A DNA stretch of 64,000 nucleotides from an uncultured Gemmatimonadota bacterium (GTDB lineage Bacteria > SM23-81 > DAOVCL01), in assembly GCA_964626665.1 (NCBI GenBank), contig CAZVGK010000004.1, forward strand, positions 64,001-128,000, given 5' to 3'. The notes under the pieces are model-generated. The model did not search any database. It saw nothing but the letters and a program-made list of their open reading frames with translations, and was not told where the DNA came from. Below, one piece after another: positions 30,950 through 40,717 of this stretch. Each line of letters begins with the position of its first letter. Within the stretch, counting starts at the first letter, position 1. A program made the translations under genes and the position numbers.

Positions 30950-30987
30950 GCCAGAAAACCCCCGCTCGTGAGCGGGGGATGAATGGT
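30950..30987 (+). mobile_element. Orphan IS200/IS605-like end hairpin
   Basis: GCCAGAAAA-CCCCCGCTC-GT-GAGCGGGGG-ATGAATGG; no transposase adjacent. Confidence 0.45.
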
Positions 30988-31172
30988 ATCCTTGATTCTC
31001 CTCAGGTTCTCCTCCTCTTAAAAGAAGTCATCAAAGGATGATAGGCACTATGGTAACAGATCAATCTGAAAATTTTACTATTATATTTAGCACACTTTAT
31101 GGCTATCATTTTTATTCATATTTTAAAAGAATCCAGAGCTTACTTTCACCCCATCTACGAGGATTGTTAATC

Positions 31173-32132
31173 TCATTTTTGATCGTTCAACTTCATATTT
31201 TTATAAAGTTCTTTAGCTAAGTTCCAATAATGATTGGTATTGACCTTGCCTTTAGCATAATCATTATGCCATCCGACGGGGACGGGCATGTCTCTATATA
31301 AATTTTCCCGTCTGGCTTCAAGCAACATCCTGGGTTTTTTCATGAAATCAGCTCCACAAATAACCTTTTTATCTGTTCTGGAGGATAGGCACTTTATCCA
31401 TTTAGCTCCTTCATAATTTCTCATTAAATGGTGGTCGAGGATTAAAATATCGACTTTTTGAGAAAGCCGTTTAGCATTGTACCAGGCTTTCTTAACTTGG
31501 CTTCTGGAAAATCTATGAGATAAATAAAGAGGAGGTCCACCAACTAATGCAATATCAGGTCTCCATTCTAATATTTGGATAACAGCCTCATTATTAAGGA
31601 GCTGGATATCGGAAGCATGCACAAAGACGCAATCTTCTGCAATTTTGGTCATCATTACTTTTCCTAATCTGTTATTCGCTTCTCCATGAGGGACTGATTT
31701 GGAGAAAGCCATTATCCCCTGTTCCTTCCCTTCTCCTTCAATTAAATCTTTCTTTAAAACCAGAGAAAGGGAGTCTGCTCTTTTCTTCTCGAGTGGGGAA
31801 AGGTGAGCCAAGATCTCGGTCCATATTCTGACTTTTGGATTTAATTTAGCTACCTTCTTGATGTTGAATTGATAAGGATTTGCATCCACTAAAGGAACAT
31901 GGTCTCCATGAAAATGGCTGATTATTATATCCGTAGCTTCAGACCACCTTTTAACAATCTTCTTTTGTATCTTTTCGTCTACTGCTACTTGAAAGGGATG
32001 GGGGAGTAAACCGTATCTATGATAACCTAAGGCGATACCTGGGTCAATCAATATCTTTCTGTTCTTTGTTTTTATAAAACAGCAAAGTCCCCTTACCCCC
32101 AAAGATTCAGCTCCTAAAATTTCAATATCCAT
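31173..32132 (-). CDS. Metallo-beta-lactamase-fold hydrolase (UPF0282-like)
   Basis: 'AESLGVRG', 'ILIDPG', SHFHGDH, 'HASD', 'LDHH'; AT-rich. Confidence 0.82.
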   Translation of the reverse strand: MDIEILGAESLGVRGLCCFIKTKNRKILIDPGIALGYHRYGLLPHPFQVAVDEKIQKKIVKRWSEATDIIISHFHGDHVPLVDANPYQFNIKKVAKLNPKVRIWTEILAHLSPLEKKRADSLSLVLKKDLIEGEGKEQGIMAFSKSVPHGEANNRLGKVMMTKIAEDCVFVHASDIQLLNNEAVIQILEWRPDIALVGGPPLYLSHRFSRSQVKKAWYNAKRLSQKVDILILDHHLMRNYEGAKWIKCLSSRTDKKVICGADFMKKPRMLLEARRENLYRDMPVPVGWHNDYAKGKVNTNHYWNLAKELYKNMKLNDQK

Positions 32133-32444
32133 ATTCTATCCTATCCAAACCCACTCATCGCATTAGAGATGAGGAACCTTATGTTTATTATTGTTTTTGC
32201 CGTGCTAAATTCCCTTTCTCTCGTAATGACTATCAAGAAAGTTTAGACCATAATGTCGAGGGGTGTTTGAAGTTCCGACGCAGGTCGGGATTCAATTATG
32301 GCAGCTTCACAATCAGATAAGTGTCGGGAAAGGTTGGTGGAGCCCTAAAGAGAAGTTAGCGACCAAAAGGGGGATAAGTTCTGAGGGGGGAACACCCACC
32401 CCTAAAATATTAGCTACTACTGGGGGCCACTAATTAGATTAACC

Positions 32445-32563
32445 ATCATTGCGAGTCCCGATGAAATCGGGACGAAACAATCCAAACTACTGAATGGGAG
32501 TTTAAACTATGAGATTGCTTCGTCGAGTTCCCTCGCTTTGCTCGGGACAAGCCTCGCAATGAC
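32445..32563. repeat. Inverted GTCATTGCGAG/GATTGCTTCG pair with nested mini-palindromes
   Basis: ATCATTGCGA[GTCCCGATGAAATCGGGAC]GAAACAATC ... GATTGCTTCG..CTCGCAATGAC. Confidence 0.8.
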
Positions 32564-32816
32564 CAGTGAAATAACAATGTGCAAACTATAATGTGGCCTG
32601 AATAATAAGATTCTGCTTTATTGTTTTACCTTTCGGGAAGTGCTATAGGTCGTCGTTCAGAAAGACACATTCTCTTCAACTACAGGAAATACTGGGTGAA
32701 TTCTCGGTTGGTATCCATCGATTATAATGCCTAATGTTAGCTACCACATTAGAACGGAGATCCTTAAACTCAATACGGTGAGGTTACTTACCGCACCGTA
32801 TTGAGTGAGAAAGCTT

Positions 32817-33131
32817 TCATCTCCTCCAGTGGCCAGGAACCCAAACCCAACCCCTTGGCCGTCTCTGCCAGTGGCCCGGGACCCAGGCCGTGCCCTTGGG
32901 TTTCAGCTCCCAATGGCCAGCTATCCAGACATAGCTGCCCCTCCTCCACTGCCAACGGCCGGGGATCCATACGGCATAAGACGCGGGCCGGGCTACCCTC
33001 ACCTCAACTCTGGGGGCAGGGGGGGACTTGAGCACATAGACTGTGCGACTGGCACAACCAATCAACCCCATCCAGAGGATGCCTAAAATGAAAAGGAGTG
33101 TAACCATCCTCTCTTTATTTTTTGCTATCAT
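32817..33131 (-). CDS. YXWGXW/WXXGXW-repeat lipoprotein
   Basis: Lipobox LIGC; WIPGRW, WIAGHW and WVPGHW x2. Confidence 0.88.
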   Translation of the reverse strand: MIAKNKERMVTLLFILGILWMGLIGCASRTVYVLKSPPAPRVEVRVARPASYAVWIPGRWQWRRGSYVWIAGHWELKPKGTAWVPGHWQRRPRGWVWVPGHWRR

Positions 33132-33146
33132 AGCTCTTCCTTTAGC

Positions 33147-33641
33147 CTACTTGGGCTGTGGGGGTTGTGGGGGTAGCGGCTGTGGTGCGAAGCGTGGCCG
33201 CCAGGGCCTGGGGGGCAATTGGCGGGGGGGCCTTCGCCGCTTCCTCTGTCTAAAGAGTTGCCTTTTCCTCCCGCGCAGCTTCTTTCGTTGCTCAGGGTTG
33301 AGAAGGTTACGAATTTCTAACCTGGTATCGATGCGGTTCCTCTCCAGCCTGGTGCGGAGGGCTCCTATCTCGTCCAACTTCTTATAGATGGCCTGCTTAT
33401 CGGGATGCTCCGCCTGCAAGAGACCCCTCAGGTCGAGATGGGCTAACTTGAGGTCTGCCTTCAGTTTGATGGTCTTCCTCTGTGCCTTTAGCCTAATTTC
33501 CTCCAACCTCTGTGTCTGCTCTGCCGAGAGGCCCAACTCTGAGGAAAGATCTAAGATGTCTGGCCCCCGGGCAAAGCTATTGCCGCCCAGGAGGAGGAGG
33601 AGGAAAGCCAGAAGAAGTCCTGTCTTCTTCATTTTTCTCAC
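33147..33641 (-). CDS. Spy/CpxP-family periplasmic protein
   Basis: Signal peptide; 'LGLSAEQ', 'LLNPEQR'; Pro-rich tail. Confidence 0.8.
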   Translation of the reverse strand: MRKMKKTGLLLAFLLLLLGGNSFARGPDILDLSSELGLSAEQTQRLEEIRLKAQRKTIKLKADLKLAHLDLRGLLQAEHPDKQAIYKKLDEIGALRTRLERNRIDTRLEIRNLLNPEQRKKLRGRKRQLFRQRKRRRPPRQLPPRPWRPRFAPQPLPPQPPQPK

Positions 33642-34111
33642 CTCCTTTCCCTTTGATGTTCCCTTATGCCTTTGATGATCTCTCTAATTCGCTTTTCAAA
33701 GTCCCTTTGGAAGATGAGGAGCTCTACTCTCTGTCTAAGGGTCAATATCTGAGAGGTCTGCAGCCAGAAATCCCTCTGTCCCTCTCCCTTCTTGATGCGA
33801 TTCTCCTCCACCCTTTTTAGGAGGGCCCTCATCTCCTTCTCCTTGGGTCTCTCCTGCCTCAACACATCTTTCAACTGATCCAACAATCTGTTCCTCTCCT
33901 GGTCCAACTGGCGCTTCTCCTTTTGAAATTGGTTGAAAAGGGGGAAGAACCGCATAGACTGTTCCTGGTTCAGGTTCAAAGCCTCGGTCAACTTCCACAT
34001 CCTTATAGTTTCTATCTGTTTCCTTACCCTCTCCCTGGGTTGGGGTTGGGAATAAGCCAACCCACTAATTAAGAGGGGGAAAAGGAGAAATTTAAGGATC
34101 TTACTTTTCAT
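33638..34111 (-). CDS. Spy/CpxP-like periplasmic helical protein
   Basis: Signal peptide; 'LNLNQEQ...FFP', 'ILT.RQ'. Confidence 0.7.
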   Translation of the reverse strand: MKSKILKFLLFPLLISGLAYSQPQPRERVRKQIETIRMWKLTEALNLNQEQSMRFFPLFNQFQKEKRQLDQERNRLLDQLKDVLRQERPKEKEMRALLKRVEENRIKKGEGQRDFWLQTSQILTLRQRVELLIFQRDFEKRIREIIKGIREHQRERR

Positions 34112-34121
34112 CTCTTCCTCC

Positions 34122-34724
34122 TTAGGTTCCCTTTAATTGGTTTTCTAATTCCTGCAACTCACTTGCGGAAAGCTCTCCGGTTGCTTTATCTATATCCAAG
34201 TCCTGGTAGAGGAGATCTGAGGCGAGGTTGGCCTCATCCCCGAATTGAGAGGCCAATCTTTCTAACAGCTTCTCCCCTTCCTCCTTTCCTAATCCCCCTA
34301 AATCCACTTGCCCATAAGTCAGTTCTGTCACCCCCTTCTGTAGAGCATCCAACCTAAATACCTGCACCAAAGAGGTAGAGAACTTCTCTAACTGGGCCGC
34401 CGAGTCTATCCCGGATAGCTCCCCGCCCTCATAGGCCCCTTTCAGGGGAGGGGAGGGGATGTTCGGGGGGTAGATTTGGGGTCGAAACAGGAGGAATGCT
34501 ATGATTAAGAGTCCTAAACCACCGGCCAGAAGGGGGATAGGGTGGAGATGAACCCTCCCTCTCTCCTCCATCTTTCTCCTCAGATTGGGGAGGTAGGAGG
34601 CCCAAAAGTGAGCCGGGGGTTGAAAATCCTCCTCCTTCTTGAGGATCTCCTGCAGGGTCTCCAACTCCTGGCGCTCCTTTTCCACTCCTTTCCCTATGAT
34701 TTTACTTTGTTTGCTTTTACGCAT
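34122..34724 (-). CDS. Putative anti-sigma factor
   Basis: 'PPAHFW..Y...L' then a single TM helix; overlaps the ECF sigma stop. Confidence 0.65.
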   Translation of the reverse strand: MRKSKQSKIIGKGVEKERQELETLQEILKKEEDFQPPAHFWASYLPNLRRKMEERGRVHLHPIPLLAGGLGLLIIAFLLFRPQIYPPNIPSPPLKGAYEGGELSGIDSAAQLEKFSTSLVQVFRLDALQKGVTELTYGQVDLGGLGKEEGEKLLERLASQFGDEANLASDLLYQDLDIDKATGELSASELQELENQLKGT

Positions 34725-35265
34725 AAGCCTTTAACGTCCTCTGTAACTTCTTTATGGCCTGAAAATAGTTGGCCTTTATTGTCCCTTCCCTTTTATCTAA
34801 GAGTTGAGCTATCTTCTGATGGGGTAATCCCTCATAGTGGTGGAGGACGAAAGCTATCCTCTGTTGTGGGGGGAGGTGGCTAATGGCCTTATCGATTGCC
34901 TGGGAGAGCTGATTCCTCTCATAGGAGAAGTCAGGGGAGTCCTTGGTTCGGGAAAGTGGCCTCCTCAGATCGCTAAGGGAGAGAAAGGAACGAAATTTCT
35001 CCCTTTTGATGAAGTTCAAGCAGAGATTGCAGGTTATCCGGTAGAGCCAAGTAAAGAATGAGGAATTCCCCTTAAAGTTTTTTAAGCTCTTGTAGGCTTT
35101 AAGGAATGCCTCCTGGGAGAGGTCCAGAGCGTCTTGGTGGTTTCTTACCATACGCAAGGCAAGATAGTAGATCTTCTCCTTGTGCCTCTCCACTAAGAGG
35201 TTAAAGGCCTTTTCCTGGCCCTGGCGAAAGAGATCAACCAGCTCCGAGTCAGATAGTTCCTCCAT
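34717..35265 (-). CDS. ECF RNA polymerase sigma-70 factor
   Basis: 'SD.ELV...G...AF..LV', 'DL.QEAFLKAY..L..F.G.SSF.TWLYRI', region 4 HTH. Confidence 0.95.
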   Translation of the reverse strand: MEELSDSELVDLFRQGQEKAFNLLVERHKEKIYYLALRMVRNHQDALDLSQEAFLKAYKSLKNFKGNSSFFTWLYRITCNLCLNFIKREKFRSFLSLSDLRRPLSRTKDSPDFSYERNQLSQAIDKAISHLPPQQRIAFVLHHYEGLPHQKIAQLLDKREGTIKANYFQAIKKLQRTLKAYA

Positions 35266-35276
35266 CCCTTAATTAC

Positions 35277-35305
35277 TTAGACACCGCCGGGCGTAAAATG
35301 GTTTA
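35277..35305 (-). promoter_or_regulatory. Putative ECF autoregulatory promoter
   Basis: Minus strand TAAAC-N17-TGTCTAA just upstream of the sigma ATG. Confidence 0.5.
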
Positions 35306-35312
35306 AGGGGGA

Positions 35313-36338
35313 TTATCCCCTCCCTGATCTGATGAGCATCTTGGAATAATGGTTCAAATTGTCCAGAACCCTGCCAGATCCCTTCACCACACAGGTCAGG
35401 GGATCATCGACGAGGTTCACTGGAAGGTTAGTCTCCTGTCTTAGCCTCTTGTCAAACCCCCTAATCATTGAGCCCCCTCCAGTCATTACCATCCCTCTAT
35501 CCAGTATATCTGAAGCCAGCTCTGGTGGGGTTCTCTCTAAAGCCTGCTTCACCGCCTCCACAATGGCCCCTATGGGCTCACTCAGGGCCATCCTCACCTC
35601 CTCAGAGCTTATCTTCATAGTTTTGGGGATCCCAGCGACAAGGTCCCTTCCCTTTACCTCTATTTCCATCTCCTCCGGGAGGGGGAATGCCGACCCTATT
35701 CTCATCTTTATCCCTTCGGCAGTGGAATCACCGATCAGGAGATTGTAAGTCTTCTTCAGATATTGGACTATGGAGCTTCCCATCTCGTCTCCTCCTATCC
35801 TGATGGAGGTGCTGGTAACGATCCCGGAGAGAGCCACCACGGCGATCTCCGATGTCCCGCCCCCTATATCGATGATCATATTCCCCGCGGGCTGTTCCAC
35901 GGGCAGTCCCATCCCAATTGCCGCGGCCATCGGCTCATGGAGAAGGTAAACCTCCCTGGCCTCCGACTCCGCTGCATCCCTGACTGCCCTCTTCTCCACC
36001 TCGGTGATCCCTGAGGGAACGCAGATGATGATGCGCGGCCTCATAAAGAACCTGTGCTTGACCACCCTGCGAATGAAATAGCGAAGGAGTTTCTCGGTGA
36101 CCTCAAAATCGGCTATTACCCCATCCTTCAATGGTTTAATGGCCTTTATCTCATCCGGAGTCTTACCGAGCATCTGTTTGGCTTCCTTGCCAATGGTTAA
36201 GACCTCTTCGGTGGAGGAGTCTAAAGCCACCACTGTCGGTTCGTTTAAGACAATCCCTTTACCCTTTATGTAGATCAGGGTGTTTGCCGTTCCCAGGTCA
36301 ATACCAATATCGCTGGAAATAAAATCGAAGAATCCCAT
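35313..36338 (-). CDS. mreB: Rod shape-determining protein MreB
   Basis: GIDLGTANT, PLKDGVIADF, DIGGGTSE, TGGG. Confidence 0.97.
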   Translation of the reverse strand: MGFFDFISSDIGIDLGTANTLIYIKGKGIVLNEPTVVALDSSTEEVLTIGKEAKQMLGKTPDEIKAIKPLKDGVIADFEVTEKLLRYFIRRVVKHRFFMRPRIIICVPSGITEVEKRAVRDAAESEAREVYLLHEPMAAAIGMGLPVEQPAGNMIIDIGGGTSEIAVVALSGIVTSTSIRIGGDEMGSSIVQYLKKTYNLLIGDSTAEGIKMRIGSAFPLPEEMEIEVKGRDLVAGIPKTMKISSEEVRMALSEPIGAIVEAVKQALERTPPELASDILDRGMVMTGGGSMIRGFDKRLRQETNLPVNLVDDPLTCVVKGSGRVLDNLNHYSKMLIRSGRG

Positions 36339-36406
36339 TCCTTCCTCCTTGGAGCTCAGTTTTGCTAAATACTAACACAACTTTTCCCCTCAGTCAATAT
36401 AAATAT

Positions 36407-36435
36407 TTGACAAACTTATCAGCTTGTCCTATATT
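36407..36435 (+). promoter_or_regulatory. Sigma70 promoter, possibly producing a leaderless mRNA
   Basis: TTGACA-N17-TATATT ending 7 bp before ATG 36443. Confidence 0.6.
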
Positions 36436-36442
36436 GGGGGTG

Positions 36443-37459
36443 ATGAGCCACAATATCCTAATTATCTCCCACTTGGAGTTCAATGTGGGGCCGCTGAGGA
36501 AGGTGATAGAGGGTGGAGGAAATAGGGTTCTGCTCTCCTCCCATCTGGAGGAGATACTGAAGTTGAGTGAGGAGGGGAAGGCCGATCTGATCATCATCGA
36601 TGCTGATGATTCCTCCTTAGACGGCTATGAGATCTGCCAAAAGCTAAAGGGGTTGGGGCTTACCCTGCCCATCCTCATCCTCTCCAGCAAAAGGGGAAAG
36701 GAGGATTTGCTGAAGTGGCTGAGGAGCGGGGTAGATGACTTTCTCTCCAAGGGGATCAGTGATGATGAGCTTCTGGTGCGCATAGATGCAAACATCACCC
36801 GCAGTCAAAGGATCCTGGATGCCAATCCCACCACCAAGCTGCTGGGGAATGCCTCCATTAATCGGGAGATAGACAAGAGAATAAAAAGTGGGGTGACCTT
36901 CGCCGTCTGTTATGCGGATCTGGACAATTTCAAGGCTTACAATGATCGGTATGGCTATTTCAATGGGGATAAGATTATCCTCTTGACCTCCCACATTCTG
37001 CGCGACATTGTGCGGGATCTCTCCCCGGGAGACAACTTCATCGGCCACATAGGTGGGGATGACTTCATCTTTATCGTGCCCCCAGAGAAGGTGGATTTGG
37101 TCTGTGGGCAGATCATCAAGACATTTGATACCATCATCCCTTATCGCTACAGCGAAGAGGATAGGAAGAAGGGGTACATAATATCTACAGACCGTAAGCA
37201 CCGGGCGGGGGTCTTTCCCCTGATGAGCATATCCATTGGGGTGGTGACGAATAAGACAAGGACATTCTTCCATCCCGCCCATGTGAGCCAGATAGCCACC
37301 GAGATGAAGAACTATGTGAAGACAATGGAGGGGAGCAGATATGCAGTGGATAGAAGGGGCGATGATGAGGAGTTCATCTCCCGGCAGAAAAAGGCCGAGC
37401 TCATTATGCGCAAGTGGAGGCAGAGATGGGTGAAGAGGCATGTCAAAAAGTTCGGCTAA
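36443..37459 (+). CDS. Response regulator receiver + GGDEF-domain protein
   Basis: REC (DLIIID, DGYEIC, GVDDFLSK); GGDEF-like 'DLDNFKAYNDRYGY..GD', 'GHIGGDDF'. Confidence 0.9.
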   Translation: MSHNILIISHLEFNVGPLRKVIEGGGNRVLLSSHLEEILKLSEEGKADLIIIDADDSSLDGYEICQKLKGLGLTLPILILSSKRGKEDLLKWLRSGVDDFLSKGISDDELLVRIDANITRSQRILDANPTTKLLGNASINREIDKRIKSGVTFAVCYADLDNFKAYNDRYGYFNGDKIILLTSHILRDIVRDLSPGDNFIGHIGGDDFIFIVPPEKVDLVCGQIIKTFDTIIPYRYSEEDRKKGYIISTDRKHRAGVFPLMSISIGVVTNKTRTFFHPAHVSQIATEMKNYVKTMEGSRYAVDRRGDDEEFISRQKKAELIMRKWRQRWVKRHVKKFG

Positions 37460-37547
37460 GCAGGGATTCCGCCTGAGTAGAATAAAAATGTGTATGCAAA
37501 ACCTAAGAGTTAGGCAGATTATTACGGAAACGCAAAATAGGTTACAT

Positions 37548-37655
37548 GTCATTGCGAGCGCAGCGAAGCAATCTAAAAAAACTGAATGTAGGTTGAAACT
37601 AAAAGATTGGTCGCATTTATGGGACCCGCACCGGCTTGATAAATCAAGCCCCCTA
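37548..37655. repeat. REP-like palindromes between convergent genes
   Basis: GTCATTGCGAGCGCAGCGAAGCAATC; GGCTTGATAAATCAAGCC-CCTAC. Confidence 0.8.
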
Positions 37656-37702
37656 CACTCTACGAGCTATCTGGTGCCCTCATCCGAGAGCAAAGGGATT
37701 GC

Positions 37703-40700
37703 CTAAAACTCCGCCCCTAAGGAAAAGTAATACTTTGGCTTGGAGACTTGAGAGAGATCTGTCCTCCAGGCGCTATCGAACTTGAGGATAAAAAATCCCA
37801 AATTTGCCCTGGCCCCATAACCAAAGCCCACTTTGAGATCTTTTAATCTGGGGTCATCGTCCTTGGTTGTCCCCCCCTTGAATTTCCCGGGTTCATTCCA
37901 GACACCTCCCATATCCAGAAAGAGGCTCCCTCCCACCCTCTGCAGGCTAAACTTCAGCGGCCAATGGAAGGCGAGGTAATCCAAGAAGGGATACCTGAAC
38001 TCTATATTGGTCAGGGCAAATCTCTTCCCCGTAAACTGGTAGTAATCGTAGCCTCGCAGGGGAAAGACCATTGAGGAGAAGTAGAAGTTTTTCACCCCAG
38101 AAATCTGCCGGCGGACCACCTTTGGTGCTATCCAGTTCTGCACTCCCCCTAAAAAGAACCTCTGGGCATCCGGGCCCCAGCTTCCTCCTGCAGACAGCCG
38201 GAAAGCGAAACCATATCTCCTCAGAAAATGCAGATAGCGGCGGTAATCCCCCTGCAGGGTGTAGAAGCGCAGGCTGTTCTTTATCCCTGGAGGGGAGAGC
38301 TCAAAGCGGAGATAGGATCTGGATCCGTTAACCGGGCCGGTGAATCCCCAGAGGACGGTGTCATTGGTTAACTCCAGAGTGGGAAGGAGGACCCTGGTGG
38401 ATGAATCCTCGTAGGGAGGGTCATAATAGGTGCGGTCTATGGCCACCTCGGTGAGCTCGAGATCGGCACGGGTGAACTTGCTAAAGGGGTAGCTGAAGAG
38501 AAGATTAAACCCATATACCCGATCGGAGAAGAGTCTATTGGCTTCATCGATGTAATATTCCTTGTAGTGAAAGATCCCTCCCCCATAATGAAAGCGGTGG
38601 GGAAGGTAGGTATAGAAGAGGAAGAGGTTGCTCTCGGTGAGGGAATAATAGAGGTCACTGGCCAAAAAGATGCTGTGATTCCCTAAGACATCGCTTATCT
38701 GGATATAGGACTGCCCCTGCAGGCCGAAGTAGGTGTCATACCCTAAGGTGGCGGTGACCAAATCAGGGGTAAACCTGGTCTTGTATTTCCTGGTCTTATA
38801 CTCCCCATTGGGGAGCCTGTAGCTTATGGTCTCGGGTTGGGCAGTGCTGGTCTCCTGGGGGGCCACATTCTCCTCGGAAGGGGGACGGAAGACATAGGTC
38901 TCCAAGCTCTCCAACTTAAACTCTGTCCCTGGGGAGGGGGTCGCGGCTAAGGGTTTGGGAGGGGTTTCCTCCCTTTTTTTAGCTAAAGTGCGAGCAGGTT
39001 TAAGCCCTGAGGGAAGGGGCTTGAGTTCCCTTAAGATGTATAGGTCCCAACCTCCCTTGTTAAAGAGGGAGACAACGACCCTTTTCCCATCAGGGGAGAC
39101 CGAGGGGGAGAAACAGCCGGTGAGAAGGTTGGTCAGGGGGGAAACAGCGGCTGAATCTAAGTTTGCCTCATAGAGGTTATAGATCCCATTCCGGTCGGAG
39201 ACAAAGATTATCTTTTTCCCCGTGGGGAACCAACAGGGGGAGATGTCATCCGCCGGGGATCTGGTGATCCTCTCTATTCCTTTCCCCTTAAGGTGGTAGA
39301 GAAAGAGGTCATACTGCCCTGAGGATGTGTCCGCAGATGCGGAGTCCCGATCAGAGGAGAAGCAGAGTTCTTCTCCCCGGGGGTCCCAGGATGGTTCCCG
39401 GTCATCAGCCAGATCATCTGTGACCTTCTGCAGGGTCCCAGTGGAGAGATGGAGAAGGTAGATATCCGCGTATCCGTTTTTTAGGCCGGAGAAGGCAATT
39501 AGGTTTCCCTGCGGTGACCAGGAGGGGGAAAAGACGCCATCTAAGCCAAGGTCATATTTTTTTATTATCTTTTTCCTCTCCACATTGAGTAAACAGAGGG
39601 ATTCTCTGCCCTCTGACTTGGCCACAAAGCCAATTACCCTGCCGTCTGGAGACCAACAGATGCCGCTGCGGAAGGAGTGAAACTCCTCCAATCCCCCGGA
39701 TCTCTCCCCCTTTACCAATCTGCCCAATATCTTCCCACTTATGGAGGAGATGAAGTAGATATCTGTATAGTCGCTCCGGTTGGAGAAGAAGACTATCTTA
39801 TCCCCTTTGGGGGAGAAAGCCGGTTTGAGGTTTAGGTATGAGCCATCTTTGGTGTGGTCTGTCAGCTGACGGGCAATCTCCTTTCCCTCCTGGCGGCTCC
39901 CCACCTCCGGCCAATATTCCTTCTTCAATTGGTGGGACCACCGCTGGTTCAACTTCTTCAGGTCAATGCCCAGGGTAGCCTTGAGGGCCTTATTTGTATC
40001 CTTCTTTAGCCTGCAGTTGGAGATGAGCTCTCCCACCTTCTCCCTTCCATAGGTGTCGGCAATGTAGTTCATCACCGATTGCCCCTCCTTGTAGACTAGA
40101 TACCCCCCTACTTCCTCTAAGGGGATGATGTAATCATTAATGGTGGCATCCCGCATTACCATATCCGCCTCGGGGTCCCAGCCCTTGGATGCAAACTCGG
40201 CATATCCCTCTGCCACCCAGAGGGGAAGCTGGAAGAAGGATCCTCCGGTGAGCAGGGAGCCGATGGCCCCTCCATAGAGCATATCGTTGGTAAAGGCATG
40301 GGTGAGCTCGTGGGTAATCAGTTGGCGGAAATCCCTCCAGGAGCCATTGAAGTGAACCACCACCCTGTTCTTGAACTGTTCGGTAAATCCCTGAACCCCT
40401 TCCTCTAAGATTACAGGTACCACATTGGTCTGCTGAAAATCGTCAATGGAGTTGTAGACGATGATGGGAATCCTTTTCTTCGGCTGATACTTAAGGTTAT
40501 AGCTTATCCGCAGGTAGGCCTTCTCTGCTGTGGAGGCGGCGAACTCGGCCAACCCCCTTCCCTCTTTGTAATAGTAAATGTCAAAATGGGGGGATTGGAT
40601 ATACAGCCAATGGAACTCCTTATATTGCACCTTGTTCTTGCCAAAACCCCAGGCCCTCCCCTGGCAGATGAAAAGAAGGGAGAGGAGGAAGAGAGCCCCC

Positions 40701-40717
40701 ACCTTTAGCTTATTCAC
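37703..40717 (-). CDS. Outer-membrane protein: peptidase MA-like domain, PD40/TolB-like propellers, BamA/Omp85-type barrel
   Basis: 'FGKNKVQY', HELTH...EGYAE, multiple P.WSPDG repeats, 'LRGY', C-terminal 'FSLGAEF'. Confidence 0.85.
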   Translation of the reverse strand: MNKLKVGALFLLSLLFICQGRAWGFGKNKVQYKEFHWLYIQSPHFDIYYYKEGRGLAEFAASTAEKAYLRISYNLKYQPKKRIPIIVYNSIDDFQQTNVVPVILEEGVQGFTEQFKNRVVVHFNGSWRDFRQLITHELTHAFTNDMLYGGAIGSLLTGGSFFQLPLWVAEGYAEFASKGWDPEADMVMRDATINDYIIPLEEVGGYLVYKEGQSVMNYIADTYGREKVGELISNCRLKKDTNKALKATLGIDLKKLNQRWSHQLKKEYWPEVGSRQEGKEIARQLTDHTKDGSYLNLKPAFSPKGDKIVFFSNRSDYTDIYFISSISGKILGRLVKGERSGGLEEFHSFRSGICWSPDGRVIGFVAKSEGRESLCLLNVERKKIIKKYDLGLDGVFSPSWSPQGNLIAFSGLKNGYADIYLLHLSTGTLQKVTDDLADDREPSWDPRGEELCFSSDRDSASADTSSGQYDLFLYHLKGKGIERITRSPADDISPCWFPTGKKIIFVSDRNGIYNLYEANLDSAAVSPLTNLLTGCFSPSVSPDGKRVVVSLFNKGGWDLYILRELKPLPSGLKPARTLAKKREETPPKPLAATPSPGTEFKLESLETYVFRPPSEENVAPQETSTAQPETISYRLPNGEYKTRKYKTRFTPDLVTATLGYDTYFGLQGQSYIQISDVLGNHSIFLASDLYYSLTESNLFLFYTYLPHRFHYGGGIFHYKEYYIDEANRLFSDRVYGFNLLFSYPFSKFTRADLELTEVAIDRTYYDPPYEDSSTRVLLPTLELTNDTVLWGFTGPVNGSRSYLRFELSPPGIKNSLRFYTLQGDYRRYLHFLRRYGFAFRLSAGGSWGPDAQRFFLGGVQNWIAPKVVRRQISGVKNFYFSSMVFPLRGYDYYQFTGKRFALTNIEFRYPFLDYLAFHWPLKFSLQRVGGSLFLDMGGVWNEPGKFKGGTTKDDDPRLKDLKVGFGYGARANLGFFILKFDSAWRTDLSQVSKPKYYFSLGAEF

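Noticed and set aside
36644-37552. 302-aa minus-strand ORF
   Set aside because: Antisense shadow of the REC-GGDEF gene with no recognisable motifs.
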